Part shown: in pieces, positions 48,801 through 61,807 of the stretch
Position numbering within the stretch: the first letter of the stretch is position 1
Layout: each line of letters starts with the position of its first letter
NCBI RefSeq assembly: GCF_030144855.1
Contig: NC_082727.1
Span: 41,044,001-41,108,000, forward strand
DNA from: Hypanus sabinus
Lineage: Eukaryota
Direction: 5' to 3'
Length of the DNA: 64,000 nt
Notes under the pieces: model-generated
Told to the model about the DNA's origin: nothing
Databases searched by the model: none
The model's input: only the letters and a program-made list of their open reading frames with translations
Made by a program: the position numbers and the translations under genes

Positions 48801-51279
48801 TCTGGATAATGAGACAGCTGGATAACATTTCTTTACCTGGTATCTTTGCCAGATCAGATTCCTCCATGAAGATCATATTTCAAGCAGTCTATTTTTTTTA
48901 CAGTCAATAGTAGTAACACACCTAGTTTAGAGGAGCTACGTGGACTTTGTTCATAGATCTATCTCATATATTTTAAAATAAAAATTGGACAAAATTCACA
49001 ATCAATTGCTATTGTCATAACCAAATTCTGACACAATCGTTCACCTATGGTTAATGGTATAAATTCATAGAAAATATCCAATAAATGCAAAGTGCTTTTT
49101 ATCATTATCAAAGGCCTTACGTTAGATTAGACCATGAGAGTTTTATAAAGTACTACAGATTTGCAAGTGAAATTATTTTGTTTGGATAATCTGATAGGAT
49201 GTATATCTCAACTATTGAAATTATCTACCTGCTAATATATTCATTAGTAGGTTGTGAGTTCCATTGTTTTAAATTAATGGGCATAAATCTAAATCTCATT
49301 TTGATCTAAGTTATCTTCCTCTGTCTAAATTAACATAGCCATCTAGTTATGGTATCTACACAGATCTCTAAAGTTAGAATCTGTAAAGTTGAGTGATTCC
49401 ATTATGGTTTCTTGCATCAACAGCAAATTTAGCATAGAATTAACCTTACATTTTACATTATTAGAATACAAAAGGGATTATTGATAGTTTATATAAAATA
49501 CATTAAACCTGTAGTAATTGTTGTTCAACTGTGTGATATGATTTTTCTCGATATTTGATTCTACATATATAAGGTCTGTTAATGGTTCATTAAATTCACC
49601 GAAGCTCATTCGGAACTAATAGAAATACAAAACTGGGTGGGGTGGGGGTGTGGAGGGAGGGGTAGAAACAGTCCAGTGTTATAACAGGTCATTATTTGAC
49701 ATAGCCAATAGATTATGTAATTAAAATTAGTCTTGACGGAAATTATAGCTCTTGTTTGAGACCACAAAAATGGACTGGATCATATTAGAGAATTATTGGA
49801 TTTATATGAGCATTAATTGTTAAGACAGACATTCATGGCAAATGGAAAATGCTGGAGATATTCAGGAGGCCATGCAGCCTCTGTAGAGCGAGCAGCAGAG
49901 TTAACGATTCAAAGTTCAAGGTAAATTTATTATCAAAGTATGTATATGTCACCATAAACTACCCTGAGATTAATTTTCTTGCAGATACTCACAGTAGAAT
50001 CGAGAAATACAATAGAATCAATTAAAAGTTACACACAAAGGAAGGCTAGCAAACAACCAATGTGCAAAAGAAGACAAACTGCGCAAAATATATATAAATA
50101 AATAATCCTGAGAACATTAGTTGTAGGGTCCTTGAAAGTGAGGCAGATTATTTTTATTAATGACAGATCACTAACCTGAAAGGTCACTTTCTCATCAAAC
50201 CCTTGGCAATATAGGCTGACTTACTAATTCTAGTTAACTTCGATTCAATTTCAAAGTAACCCAATATTTACCAGCCAAATACCCTTCTTTTACATTCAGA
50301 TATGCTGCCTTACCCTCCAGCAATTTTGATTTACAGTTAAGATTTCCACGATCTGTGGTTCTTTTTTCTTTTTGATTAGGGGTGAATGGTCTGGATTCAA
50401 TCCTTAGCGAATTTCAAAATATTAATAACTCTAAAGGGTATGCAGTACCCCAGAGAGACCCTCAAAGTCAACAGGTGGCTTATTTTATTTTCAAATACTA
50501 TGCATTCCAGGATCAGTCTATTGCAAGAAAATAGCTGGAAACAGAGGTTACAGTACATAAAGCAAAAAGTCAGTCAAAGTCGGGTTTATTGCCAAATGCA
50601 CAAGTGCATGCATGCACAGGAATAATGAAAATCTTACTGTCACTTAGCAACATATAAGCAGCATTCACAAGAAAAGCATAAAGTAGACACAATTTTTACA
50701 AGCAACAACACAATTAGAACAATTAGAACAAAGTCCTTCATCGGTGTTGTTCAAGAATAAACATTTATTAAGGATCAGCAGGGACTGGGTACAAACAGGA
50801 TGGATGTAAAAGATAGGCGGTGATCCGGATGAATCTTGGAATTGGCTGCAGGTGATATATGGCTTACAAGGGCCCTTGTGCTTACGCGCTGAGTCCAGTC
50901 TTGTTTTTATCAGCAATCACATTTCCCAGCTGTTGTGACGTGGCAACAAGCAAGAGTGAGAAGGGCAGCTGAACTTTATGCCCTTCAAATGAAAGGGAGC
51001 AGAATGCAACTATAACAGCTTACTTGCTTCCTCTGTAAAATAGAGTACTGTATCAATGCACACAATGAAACCTGGATCCTCACAGTCTTAGCTTTGCTTG
51101 CATTTAGAAATATATTTCCACATCAATGCATTTTTAAGATTCCTATTGAGATTGTTGGTAAAATTTGAAAATTTGGGTGTATTATTTTCATTATAAAGTA
51201 TGGAGATTGATCCTTTTGAAGAAAGTTATTGACCACTTTCACTTAAATCACACTACAAACTCATTATGAAGATAGCTAA

Positions 51280-52212
51280 TACAGTTAGTGACCACACTAT
51301 CAGGTACATCCTGTACCTAATAAAGTGGCCACTGAGTTACAGTACTGAGCAAAAGTCTTAAACACAGGTAACAAATTATGTAAAGCGAAGATGCTTTCAA
51401 AAATATGAAATAGAAAGTTTGTAAATATCAAAAAAATTACTATAAAGAGCAGTAAACAGTGAAAAACTAAACTTTATTACATTGTGACCACCCTTTGCTT
51501 TTAAAACTGCATCAGTTCTCTTGAGTACACTGTCTTACAGTTTTATAAGCAAATCAGCTGGTAGGTTTCAACCATCTTGGAGAACTTGCCACAGTTCTGC
51601 AGACTTCAGCTGTCTCACTTGCTTCTGTCTCTAAAGGTAATTCCAGACAGCCTTGATAATGTTGAGATCAGGTGTCGGCCATACCATCTGATACCATTAT
51701 AAAAGATCTAGGGTGCTTAAGACTTTTGCACAGTACTCTATGTTTATGGTCTACTGCCCATCCACCTCAAGCTTTGACATGTTGTACCTTTACAGATGCT
51801 CTTCTGCACACCACTATTGTAACTCATAGCTAATGGAGTTACTGTCGCTTTCCTGTCAGCCATTCTTCTCTGACGTTTCTCGTTAATAAGGCATTTTCAC
51901 CTACAGAACTGCTGCTCACTGGGTATCTTTTGCTTTTCGCAACATTCTCCGTAAACTCTAGAGACTGTTGTGTGTGAAAATCCCAGGAGATCAGCAGCTT
52001 TTGAGATACTCAAACCAACCCATCTGGCACCAACAATCATTCTGCAGTTAAAGTCACTTAGATCACATTTCTTCCCCAGTCTGATGTATGCTTTGAACAA
52101 CAACTGACCCTCTAGTCTGCATGCATTGAGTTGCTACCATGTGATTGGCTGATTATATATTTCTATTAGCGAGCAGGTGTACAGGTTTACCAAATAAAGT
52201 AACTACTGAGTG
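51280..52212 (-). mobile_element. Tc1-family deletion derivative with transposase N-terminal remnant
   Basis: ORF 51897-52103 GKKCDLSDFNCRMIVGARWVGLSISKAADLLGFSHTTVSRVY is the Tc1 paired-like HTH. TIR family CACTCAGTGGCCACTTTATTAGGTACA; TA at 52213. Confidence 0.85.
51340..51738. mobile_element. Second Tc1-type non-autonomous element nested in the first
   Basis: 26-bp TIRs CAGTACTGAGCAAAAGTCTTAAACAC / GTGCTTAAGACTTTTGCACAGTACTC, flanked by TA at 51338-51339 and 51739-51740. Confidence 0.88.
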
Positions 52213-52391
52213 TATATTAAACCACAATAGTTACAATAATTATTACAGTTCTTTAACTTCACCTCATTACTGATAATTATGATAAATTCTGCTTGAGCAC
52301 ATCATTGTTGCATATTTACCTGAGTTTAAACTGCCTTTAAATAATATGTCATGTGTCTGTACTATCTTGAGGCAACACAAAAGGGTATAAA

Positions 52392-53200
52392 ACTCAGAAT
52401 CAGAATCAACGTCACCGGCATACGTCATGAAATTTGTTAACTTTACAGCAGTAGTACAATGAAATATATGACAAATAAATAGAGAAAAACCTGAATTACG
52501 GCAAGTATATATATGTCTATTAAATCTCCTGCGCAGTAGTTTCCCACCAGTGATGCAGACAGAATGCTCTCCACAGTACATTAGTAGTTTTTGAATGTTT
52601 TAGTTGACAAACCAAATCTCCTCAAACTCCTAATGAAATATAGCTGCTGTCTTGCCTTCTTTATAACTGCATCAATATAATGTGTCCAGGTTAGTTCTTC
52701 AGAGATATTGATAGCCAGGGACTTAAAATTGCTCACTCTCTCTCTCTCCACATCCGATCCCTCTATAGGGATTGGTGTGTGTTCCCTCGTCTTACCCTTC
52801 CTAAAGTCCACAATCAGCACTTTGGTCTTGCTGATGTTGAGTGTAAGGTTGTTGCTGCGACACCACTCAACTAACTGGTATAACTCGCTCCTGTCCTGCC
52901 TTTCATCACCATCTGAAATCCTGCAGACAATTCAGCATATTTATAGATGGCATTTGAGCTATGCATAGCCTCACAGTCATGGGTGAAGAGAGAGTAGAGC
53001 AGTGGGCTAAGCACACATCCCTGAGGTGCACCAGTGTTGATTGTCAGAGAGGTGGAGATGTTATTTCCAATCCGCACAGATTGTGGTTTTCCGGTTAGGA
53101 AGTTAGGGATCCAGCTGCAGAGAGATGTACAGAGGCCTAGGTTTTGGAGCTTTTCGTTCAGGGCTGTAGGAATCATGGTGTTAAATGCTGAGCTATTGTC
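52392..53200 (-). mobile_element. Rex1/Babar-type LINE fragment
   Basis: [31 protein letters not shown] and LIVDFRKGK; (GATTCT)n tail. Confidence 0.88.
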
Positions 53201-53767
53201 AATAACAGCACCCTGACATAGTAGGCATACACTTAACCACACAGGATTTAATGAAGTCAGTGACAACTGTGCAAAGTAAACACTATTCTAGAGATTTTGA
53301 ATTAATTTGACTATACTTAAATTATAAAAAATATTTAATAGAAATAATAAGCTGAGTGAACACAGAAGGTAGACATTCTACTGGCCAAGTTTAGAACCAG
53401 TTAAAGATGATTGAAACAAAAGAAATCTATCCAATAATGTAGAAAGCTGATTAGTAATTCAGTTTGATTCTAGAGTGACAATGGATCATGTTTCATTTGC
53501 TTATGTAATATGCATGAAGATGGAAAAGTTTGACATAATAAACATTCGCTTAGAACGGTTTTCAAAATAATGATCAAAAGAAGTTTTGAAGATACCTTCC
53601 TTGTGCAGTGGACTCTGGGGCGTTAGAAAGTGGTCTGACCTGCAGAAATATACTCAGACATTTACTGTTTTTAAAGTGCTTACATGTTGGATTATATTAG
53701 TGAATTTAAAACAGTAAGGCTGCCTTTCTTTTGATCTGACTTCTTGCAGATTAAATGAGATGTCATT

Positions 53768-54019
53768 GGGGCAGCGCGGTAGCATAATGGTTAGCACAAT
53801 GCTTTAAAGTGCAGGCAACCAGGGTTCAATTCCTGCCACTGCCTGTAAGGAGTTTGTACATTCTTCAGTGACCGCGTGGGTTTCCTCCAGGTGCTCTAGT
53901 TTCCTCCCACATTCCAAAGACATACCTGTTGTAAATTGTCCCGTGATTAGGCTAGGGTTAAGTTGGGGGTTGCCTGGTTCGAAGGGCCAATTCCGCGCTG
54001 TATCCCAATAATAAAAAAA
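53768..54019 (+). mobile_element. V-SINE (HE1-like), well preserved
   Basis: A-box TAGCATAATGG (53780), B-box GGTTCAATTCC (53823), V-domain GCGTGGGTTTCCTCCAGGTGCTCTAGTTTCCTCCCACATTCCAAAGAC and an A-rich tail. Confidence 0.9.
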
Positions 54020-55104
54020 TACAAACTTTTGCAGCAGTTTCTGTTTTCATTTCATTCAGGATTTCAACAGTTGCACTATTTTGCTCTACAAGGCAACGGA
54101 ACTTACTTCTAATATTTATCTTTCTTGCTTTCTTCAGTTACTGGTGCAATTTTGCAAAGTTGTTCACAATTCAGTGGAACTGTATGGACACATTCCAGAA
54201 CACCTTGAGAATTGTTAACTGTTATAGAGTTGTTACGATCTTGCTGAAGTCAGTTTTTTCAATGATAATTTACTTTCAAACATAGGTATGAATAGGAAAG
54301 GTTCAGGATTACTGAGTGTTTTGCTCAGAACATGAGCAGAGAATTGAAAGAATCTTTTACTTGTGATTACTGTTACTTTAATCAAATAAAATTGGCATTA
54401 AATTAATATAAATGCTAAAATGTATTTACTGAATGGAGTACAGGAGACTATTACAAAAATATATTGATTGAAATGGATAAATTCTACAGACTTTCCAGTC
54501 CCAACACAAATTCTGTGAATAACTATGGAAAATTAAGAATGTCCAAAGATAAAGTTGAGAAAAAAACATATTTAAAAACTAACTTTGAGAAGATGTGTTG
54601 AGTCTGTTTAAAGTTGATAATACTTCATGATATAGCAAGGAGAATGTCCTACAATACACACTGTTTACAAAATGAAAATATCTTTATATGTATGGTCAGT
54701 GTAATTATTATGGAGTTTGCCTTCTTCACAAAATGTAATTTGATTTAATCTGAGGATTTGGAAGTTTAAAGAGTAGATTACAAATCCTGAATCATTCTCA
54801 TGCTCAAAATATCAAATGAACCCGTCATTTCACCTGATCTTAAAATAAAGACACATTTAAATGGAGGGCTCCTGATGACCACCTTCCTGTTGTATTTTAT
54901 GTAAATATTTAAAGTGCACTTTAAATTATGGAAGAGGGTTTACACAACTTTATGCAACACCATAATCAACTGCTGATTCAGTTGGGAGATTATGACTCAG
55001 ATTTTACTGTATGGCTATAGCATTTATTGTCAACACATGGCAAAAGTGACAGCAACTTTGGGATTCACAAGAGACACAGTTTAGCTCAGAGATCCAATAC
55101 CCAG

Positions 55105-55285
55105 CTGACCCTCCCCCCACATTTTTATCCTGGCTTCGGCCTTTTCTTTCCAGTCCTGATGAAGGGTCCCGGCCCAAAACATTGACTCTTCCTTCCCCTC
55201 CAGAGATGCTGCCTGACCCGCAGTGTTCCTGCAGCATTTGTGGTTGCTGCTCTGGAGCTGCAGCATTTGCACTTTTGCCTTTTGT
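55105..55285 (+). mobile_element. Penelope tail fragment with decayed hammerhead motif
   Basis: CAGTCCTGATGAAGGGTCCCGGCCCAAAACATTGACT at 55151-55187. Confidence 0.8.
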
Positions 55286-55579
55286 CCTCTAAGCTTGCAT
55301 TGTGCTTCATTGTATCAGCACTGGAGAACACAGACAGAAAGGTCAGTGGGAGTGATGTGGACAATTAGAGTTTCTGTGGCACTGTAGCGTTTTATAACAT
55401 CGCCCTGTAGTTGTAGACAACATAGTGAACACTAAATGCATTCGACCCACAGAAGTGCAAGTGAATTACTACTTCCCGTGGAAAGATCCACTGACCCAAA
55501 CATTGTCTTTGTAACTTATTACACTTCTCTGTTGCCCTCTAATATCCCTCATTAACAATCCCATCTCTACTTTAGGGCT

Positions 55580-55792
55580 CAAACACGAGGAAATCTGCAG
55601 ATGCTGGAAATTCAAGCAACACACACAAAATGTTGGTGGAACACAGCAGGCCAGGCAGCATCTATAGGAAGAAGTACAGTTGACGTTTTGGCCCAAGACC
55701 CTTCGTCCTGATGTCCGAAACATCGACAGTGTTTCTTCCAATAGATGCTGCCTGGCCTGCTGCGTTCCACCAGCATTTTGTGTGTGTTGCTG
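55580..55792. mobile_element. Fold-back (inverted-repeat) Penelope-derived short element
   Basis: ~75-bp inverted arms; 12-bp direct repeat TACTTTAGGGCT at 55568-55579 and 55793-55804. Confidence 0.88.
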
Positions 55793-56409
55793 TACTTTAG
55801 GGCTATTTCCTCTGCCCTGTTCATTCCTCCTCCATTTCTCTGCATCTTCTCTGCATCTACATTCTTTCCCCTCTTTCTCAGTCCTGGAACAAACATAACT
55901 CTGTCTTGCCATAGGTGCTGCCTGACATTCCCAGTTTCCAGAACCTCCATCATCCCATTTTAAAAAGTTTTGATAATTTCTAACTAAAGATAGTAGGCTT
56001 TCCCGTTATGGGATTGTACATAGGATGTGTTAATTTACTTCAGTAAGAAGTAATTCTTTTTAAAAGTGATTTATTTAAAAGCCCCTTGTTTCAGGCGTTG
56101 TATTCTAATCTCATCTCCTTTCGGTGCTGATCATTAGATAAAACACTTCAAGTAATTTTACTTACCCTGACCTTTATTCTTTTGCACCTTCTTGTTCAGT
56201 TGAGTGTCAGACAGAGCCAGAGATCCCATTCTTTCCTGGGCTCACATTGAGTTGAGGAGGTGGGAGAGGGAGGTGAAGGCTTGCTGGACTTCTCAGCATT
56301 CAGTGGTTCTGAAAATTCTTGGTGAGCTTGTGGAACAGGACAGCACCTGCCAAAGCAAGGGCAGTAGTTTTAGTTCCCAGTGTGGTGGTGACAAACTTCT
56401 GAGGTGAAA

Positions 56410-56597
56410 TGGTAGCCTCCTCAGCATTGAGGGCACTTTCAAAATGTGGTGCCTCAAAAAACCTACATCCATCACCCAGGACATGCCCTCTTCTCATTGC
56501 TACCATCAAGGAGGAGGTACAGGAGCTGGAAGATACATTTCAGGAACAGCTTCTTCCCCTCTGACATCAGATTTCTGAATGGGCAATGAACCCTTGA
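56410..56597 (+). mobile_element. Rex1/Babar 3' fragment, split; continues at 61298-61457
   Basis: Similar to 20240-20420 (HPGHALFSLLPSRRRYR); the remainder with its (GATTCT)n tail resumes after the CR1 cluster. Confidence 0.7.
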
Positions 56598-57216
56598 TCC
56601 CATAACTGGAGCTGCACGTCAATGGCCTTCAATTCATATGGGAGAATGAGGTGACAGACAGAAGCTACAGAGAGGTCGTATCTCTAGGTTGTAGCAGACA
56701 GGTAACTGGGTGTCAGGAGAAGGAGGGGAAATGCACAGCCAGTGCAGAGTACACCTGTGGCCGCTCCCCTCAATAATATAAAACTTAGATACTATGGAGG
56801 AGGATGAGCTATCGGGGGGAGCCACAATGACCAGGTCTCTGGCACTGAGTCTGGTGCTGTGGCTCAGAAGAGCAGAGAGGTGAAGAGGACTGCAGTGTTG
56901 ATGCGGGATTCCTTAGTCAGAGGAACAGAGATGAGGACCTGTGGGCACGGTAGGGACACCCAGATGGTATGTTCCTCCCTGCTGCCAGGATCAGGGATGT
57001 TCAGGGATGTCTCAGATTGTGTCCATGGCATTTTCAGGGTCAAGATATATGCACCAGATACCTTGGAAAATATTGGCATTAATGATATAGACTAGGTGAT
57101 GAGGTCCAGAAAAGATATTTTAGAGAGGCAGGTAGAAAGCTGAGAAACAGGACCTCCAGGGTAATGATATCTGGATTTCTGCATGTGCCACATGCCAGTG
57201 AGGGTAAGAATAGAAT
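56598..57216 (+). mobile_element. CR1 ORF1 remnant (SGNH-esterase-like)
   Basis: RTAVLMRDSLVRGTEMRTCG (GDS..R block) and NIGINDID (GxND block). Confidence 0.7.
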
Positions 57217-57365
57217 AATAGACAATAGACAATAGGTGCAGAAGTAGACCATTCGGCCCCTCGAGTCTGCACGTCCATTCTGAGATCATGGCTGATCATT
57301 CACTATCAATACCCAGTCCCTGCCTTGTCCCCATATCCCTTGATTCCCCTATCCATCAGATATTT
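57217..57365 (-). mobile_element. Short CR1 3'-terminal fragment
   Basis: (CTATTGT)n tail plus the CR1 3' stem-loop region; little decayed. Confidence 0.75.
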
Positions 57366-59303
57366 GGCAGGTGAATTCACCCCAACATTTGAGAAGGAGA
57401 AGCTAAAGTCAGATGTATCAGTATTACAGTGGAGTAAAGGGAATTGCAGAGGCATGAGGGAGGAGTTGGCTAAAGTTGATTGGAACAGAAATGGCAGGGA
57501 CGACAGCAGTCCAGCAATGGCTGGAATTTCTGAAAGCAATTCAGAAGGCACAGGATGTATTCATCCCAAAGAGAAAGAAGTATTCTAAAGACAAGATGAT
57601 ACAACCATGGCTAATAAGAGAAGTCAAAGCCAACTTAAAAGCCAAAGAGAGGGCATATAATCGACCAAAAATTAGTGGGGTTAGAGGTTTGGGAAGCTTT
57701 CAAAAACCAACAGAAGGCAACTAAAATGTCATTAAGAAGTTAAAGATGGAATAAAAAAGTAAGCTAGCCAATAATATTAAAGAGGATACCAGAAGTTTCT
57801 TCAGATATAGAAAGTGTAAAAGAGAGGTGAGAGTGGATATTGGACCACTGGAAAATGATGGAGTGGTAGTAATGGGGGACAAGGAAATTGCAGATGAACT
57901 AAATAAGTATTTTGCATCAGTCTTCACTGTGGAAATACTAACAGTATGGTGGAAGTTGCAGGTGTCAAGGGTCATGAAGTGTGTGAAGTTACTATTACTA
58001 GAGAGAGGTTGCTTGGGAAACTGAGAAGTCTGAAGGTAGAAAAGTCACCTTGAAAAGATGGTATATACCCCAGAGTTCTGAAAGAGGTGAGTGAAGAAAT
58101 TGTGGGGGCATTAGTAATGAACTTTCATGAATCACTAGATCCTGGAATGGTTCCAGAAGACTGGAAAATTGCAAATATCGCACCACTCTTCAAGAAGGGA
58201 GAGAAGCAGAAAAAATGAAATTATAGGCCATTTAGTCTGACTTCAGTGACTGGGAAGACAATGGAGTCAATCATTAAGGATGAAGTCTCAGGGTACTTGG
58301 AGGCACGTGATAAAATAGACAGCATGGTTTCCTCAAGGGAAAATCTTGCCTGAGCAATCTGATGGAATTCTTTGAAACAATAACAAGCAGGATAGACAAA
58401 GCAGATTCAGTTGATGTTGTGTATTCGGATTTTCAAGCGGCCTTTGACAAGATGCCACACATGAAGCTGCTTAACAAGCTACGAGCTCATAGTATTACGG
58501 GAAAGATTCTAACATGGATATATCAGTGGTTGATTGGCAGGAGTCAAATAGTGGGAATAAAGGGAACCTTTTCTGGTTGGCTGCTGCTGACTAGTGTTGT
58601 TCTGCAGATGTCTGTGTTGGGACCCATACTTTTTGTACTAAATGTCAATGATTTGGATGATGGAATTTATAGCTTTATTACAAAGTTTGCAGATGATACA
58701 AAGATAGGTGAAGGGGCATGTAATTTTGAGGAATTAGAGAGGGTATAGAAGGATTTAGACAGAGTAAAAGAATGGACAAAGAAGTGGCAATTGGAATACA
58801 GTATCGGGAAGTGTACGGTCATGCACTTTGGTAGAAGAAATGAAAGGTTTGACTATTTTCTAAGTGGAGTGAAAATACAAAAATCTGAGGCACAAAGGAA
58901 TTTGGGAGTCTTTGTGCAGGAATCCCTAAGGGTTAATTTGCAGGTTGTGTCTGTGGTGAGGAAGGGAAATGTGATGTTTCGAGAGTACTAAAATATAAAA
59001 GCAGGGATGTAATGTTGGGGCTTTATAAAGCACTGGTGAGGCCTCACTTGGAGTATCGCGAGCAGTTTTGGGCCTCTTATCTTAGAAAGGATGTGCTGAA
59101 ATTGGAGCAAAAAGGGGGTTCAAATGGCTTGTCACAAGAGGACCATTTGGTAGCACTGGGTCTGTATTCACTGGAATTCAGAAGAATGAAAGGTGACCTA
59201 ATTGAAACCTATTGAATGGTGAAAGGCCTTGATAGAGTGGATGTGGAGAGGATATTCCTATGGTGGGAGAGTCTAAGACCAGAGGACACAGCCTCAGTAT
59301 AGA
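57366..59303 (+). mobile_element. CR1 ORF2 (RT) fragment; its 3' end resumes at 61071-61297
   Basis: DVVYSDFQAAFDKMPH, SVLGPILFVLNVNDLDDGI, KFADDTKIG and LYKALVRPHLEY. Confidence 0.92.
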
Positions 59304-61070
59304 CCATAAGGCATAGGAGTGCCAAGGGTGCTCCGCCATTCCATCATGGTTGATCATGGATCACACTCAACCCCATACACCTGCCTTCTTGTCACATCCT
59401 TTGATGCCCTGACCAATCAGGAAATGATCAACTTCCACCTTAGGTATTCGCACAGACTTGGCCTCCTCCGCAGTCTGTTACAGAGCATTCCACAGACTCC
59501 CTACACTCTAGCTAAAAAAGTTCCCTCTTACCTCTGTTCTAAGGGTCACCTCTCAATATTGAGGCTGTGCCTTCTAGTTCTGAACACCCCCACCGTAGGA
59601 AACATTCTTTCCACATCCACCCTATCTAGTCCTTTCAACATTCGGTAGTTTCAAAGAGATCCCCCCTCGTACTTCTAAATTCCAATGAGTACAGGCCCAA
59701 AGCTGCCAAATGCTCCTCATATGTTAACCCTCCATTCCCGGAATCATCCTCGTGAACCTCCTCCGAACCCTCTCCAATGACAACACATCCTTTCTGAAAC
59801 TGTTGACAATACTCCAAGTGCGGCCTGACTAGTGTCTTATAAAGGCTCAGCATTATGTGCTTGCTTTATATTTTATTCCCCTTGAAATAAATGCCAATTA
59901 TTGCACTTGCCTTCTTTACCATAGACTGAACCTGTAAATTAACCTTCTGGGAGTCTTGCACAAGGACTTCTAAGTCCCTCTGCACCTCTGATGTTTGAAT
60001 CTTCTACCCGTTTAGACAACAGTCCGCACTATTGTTCCCTTTACCAAAATACATTATCGTACATTTCCCAACCCTGTATTCCAACTGCCACCTTTTTTCC
60101 CATTCTTCCAACTTGTCTCTATCCTTTTGCAATCGCATTGCTTCCTCAGCCCAACCTACCTCTCCACTTATCTTCGTATCATCTGAAAACTGCCACAAAG
60201 CCATCAATTCCATTATCTAAATGATTGACAAACAATGTGAAAACTAGAGGTCCCAATACTGACCCCTGAGGAACACCACTAGTCACTAAGTCAACCAGAA
60301 AAGGCCCCTTTTATTCCACTCGTGGCCTCCTGCCTGTCAGCCATTCCTCTATCCATGCCAGTATCTTTCCTGTAAAACCATAGGATTTTATCTTATTAAG
60401 CAGCCTCACGTGTGACACCTTATCAAACGCTTTCTGAAAATCCAAGAAAATGACATCCACTGCCTCTCCTTTGTCCACCCTACCTGTTACTTCCTTGAAG
60501 AATTCTAATAGACTTGTCAGGCAAGATTTCCCATTACAGAAACCATACAGACTTTGACTTATTTTATCATTAGTCTCCAAGTACCTCGTAACCTCATCCT
60601 TAATAATAGACTCCAACACTTTCCCAACTACTGAGCTTAGGCTAGCTGGTGTATAATTTCCTTTCCTCCCTTTCTAAAGAGTGGACTGACATTTGCAATC
60701 TTCCATTCCTCCAGGACCATGCCAGAATCAAGTGATTCTTGAAAGGTCATGACCAATGCATCCATTATCTCTTCAGCAACCTCTCTCAAGACTCTGGGAT
60801 GTGGTCCATCTGGTCCCAGTGACTTATCCACCTTAAGACCTTTGGGTTTGCCTGTCACTTTTTCCTTTGTAATAGCAATGGCACTCACTCTTGCTCCCTG
60901 GCACTCACGGACCTCTGGCACACTGCTAGTGTCTTTCATAGTGAAGACAGATGCAAAATACCCATTAAGTTCATCTGCCATTTTTTTTGTCCCTCATTAC
61001 TACCTCACCAGCCTCATTTTCCAGTCTTCCAATATCAACTTTCCTCCCTTTTACTCTTTATATAACTGAA
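59304..61070 (-). mobile_element. CR1 ORF2 fragment inserted in reverse into the 3' end of the + strand CR1
   Basis: DVIFLDFQKAFDKVSH, QFSDDTKISG and LYKTLVRPHLEYC on the minus strand. Confidence 0.92.
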
Positions 61071-61807
61071 AGTAGAGGTGCATTCTTTTAGAACAGAGAT
61101 GAGGAGGAGTTTCTTTAGCCAGAGTAGTGAGTCTATGGAACTAGTCTTTATGTAAATTTAAGACAGAAGTTGATAGATTCTTGAATGGTCAGGGCGTAAA
61201 GGGATACAAGGAGAAGGCAGGAGATTGGGGCGGAGAGGAAAAACAGACTAGCCATGATGAAATGGCCTAATTCTCCTCTTACAGGTTATGCTCTTAGTAC
61301 CTCACTTTTTCGCTCCCTTTTTACACTGCATCTTTAGTTTATTCTTCTATATATGCTTCTTAGTGTAACTTGTTATTATTATGTATTGCAGTGTACTGCT
61401 GCGCTAAACAACATTTCACAACATATGCCAGTGATATTAAAACTGATTCTGATTCTGACCAAACTCCAACCAACAGTGATGACTCAGTAAAGCCAGTGAC
61501 AGCCTGCATGAGAACTGGATAACCTTAACTGTTAGAATTTGTCATACAAAATGGAAGTAGGGTGTAAATACATACAATGCCATAATTACAGCTTGGAAAA
61601 TCAAACCCAAAACAAATAAAGGTACAATAATTTAAAATATTTTGTTTTTTTTTTGCTTGTTTTAAGATTGTTTTGCTTCGCTATAATCATGTGTGCTTGA
61701 TGTATTTATTTAGCACTTTATAAAATATCAACTAACTGCTAAATCCTTGGCTCTTTCATTCCTGTTTTGCTCTTGTAAGATTTCATACATGATTAGTTCT
61801 GCTAGGT

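Noticed and set aside
53768-53840. tRNA-like sequence with A and B boxes
   Set aside because: It is the head of a V-SINE (V-domain and tail follow), not a tRNA gene.
55151-55187. Hammerhead copy with intact CTGATGA
   Set aside because: GAAA is mutated to AAAA and stem III CG to CA; predicted inactive.
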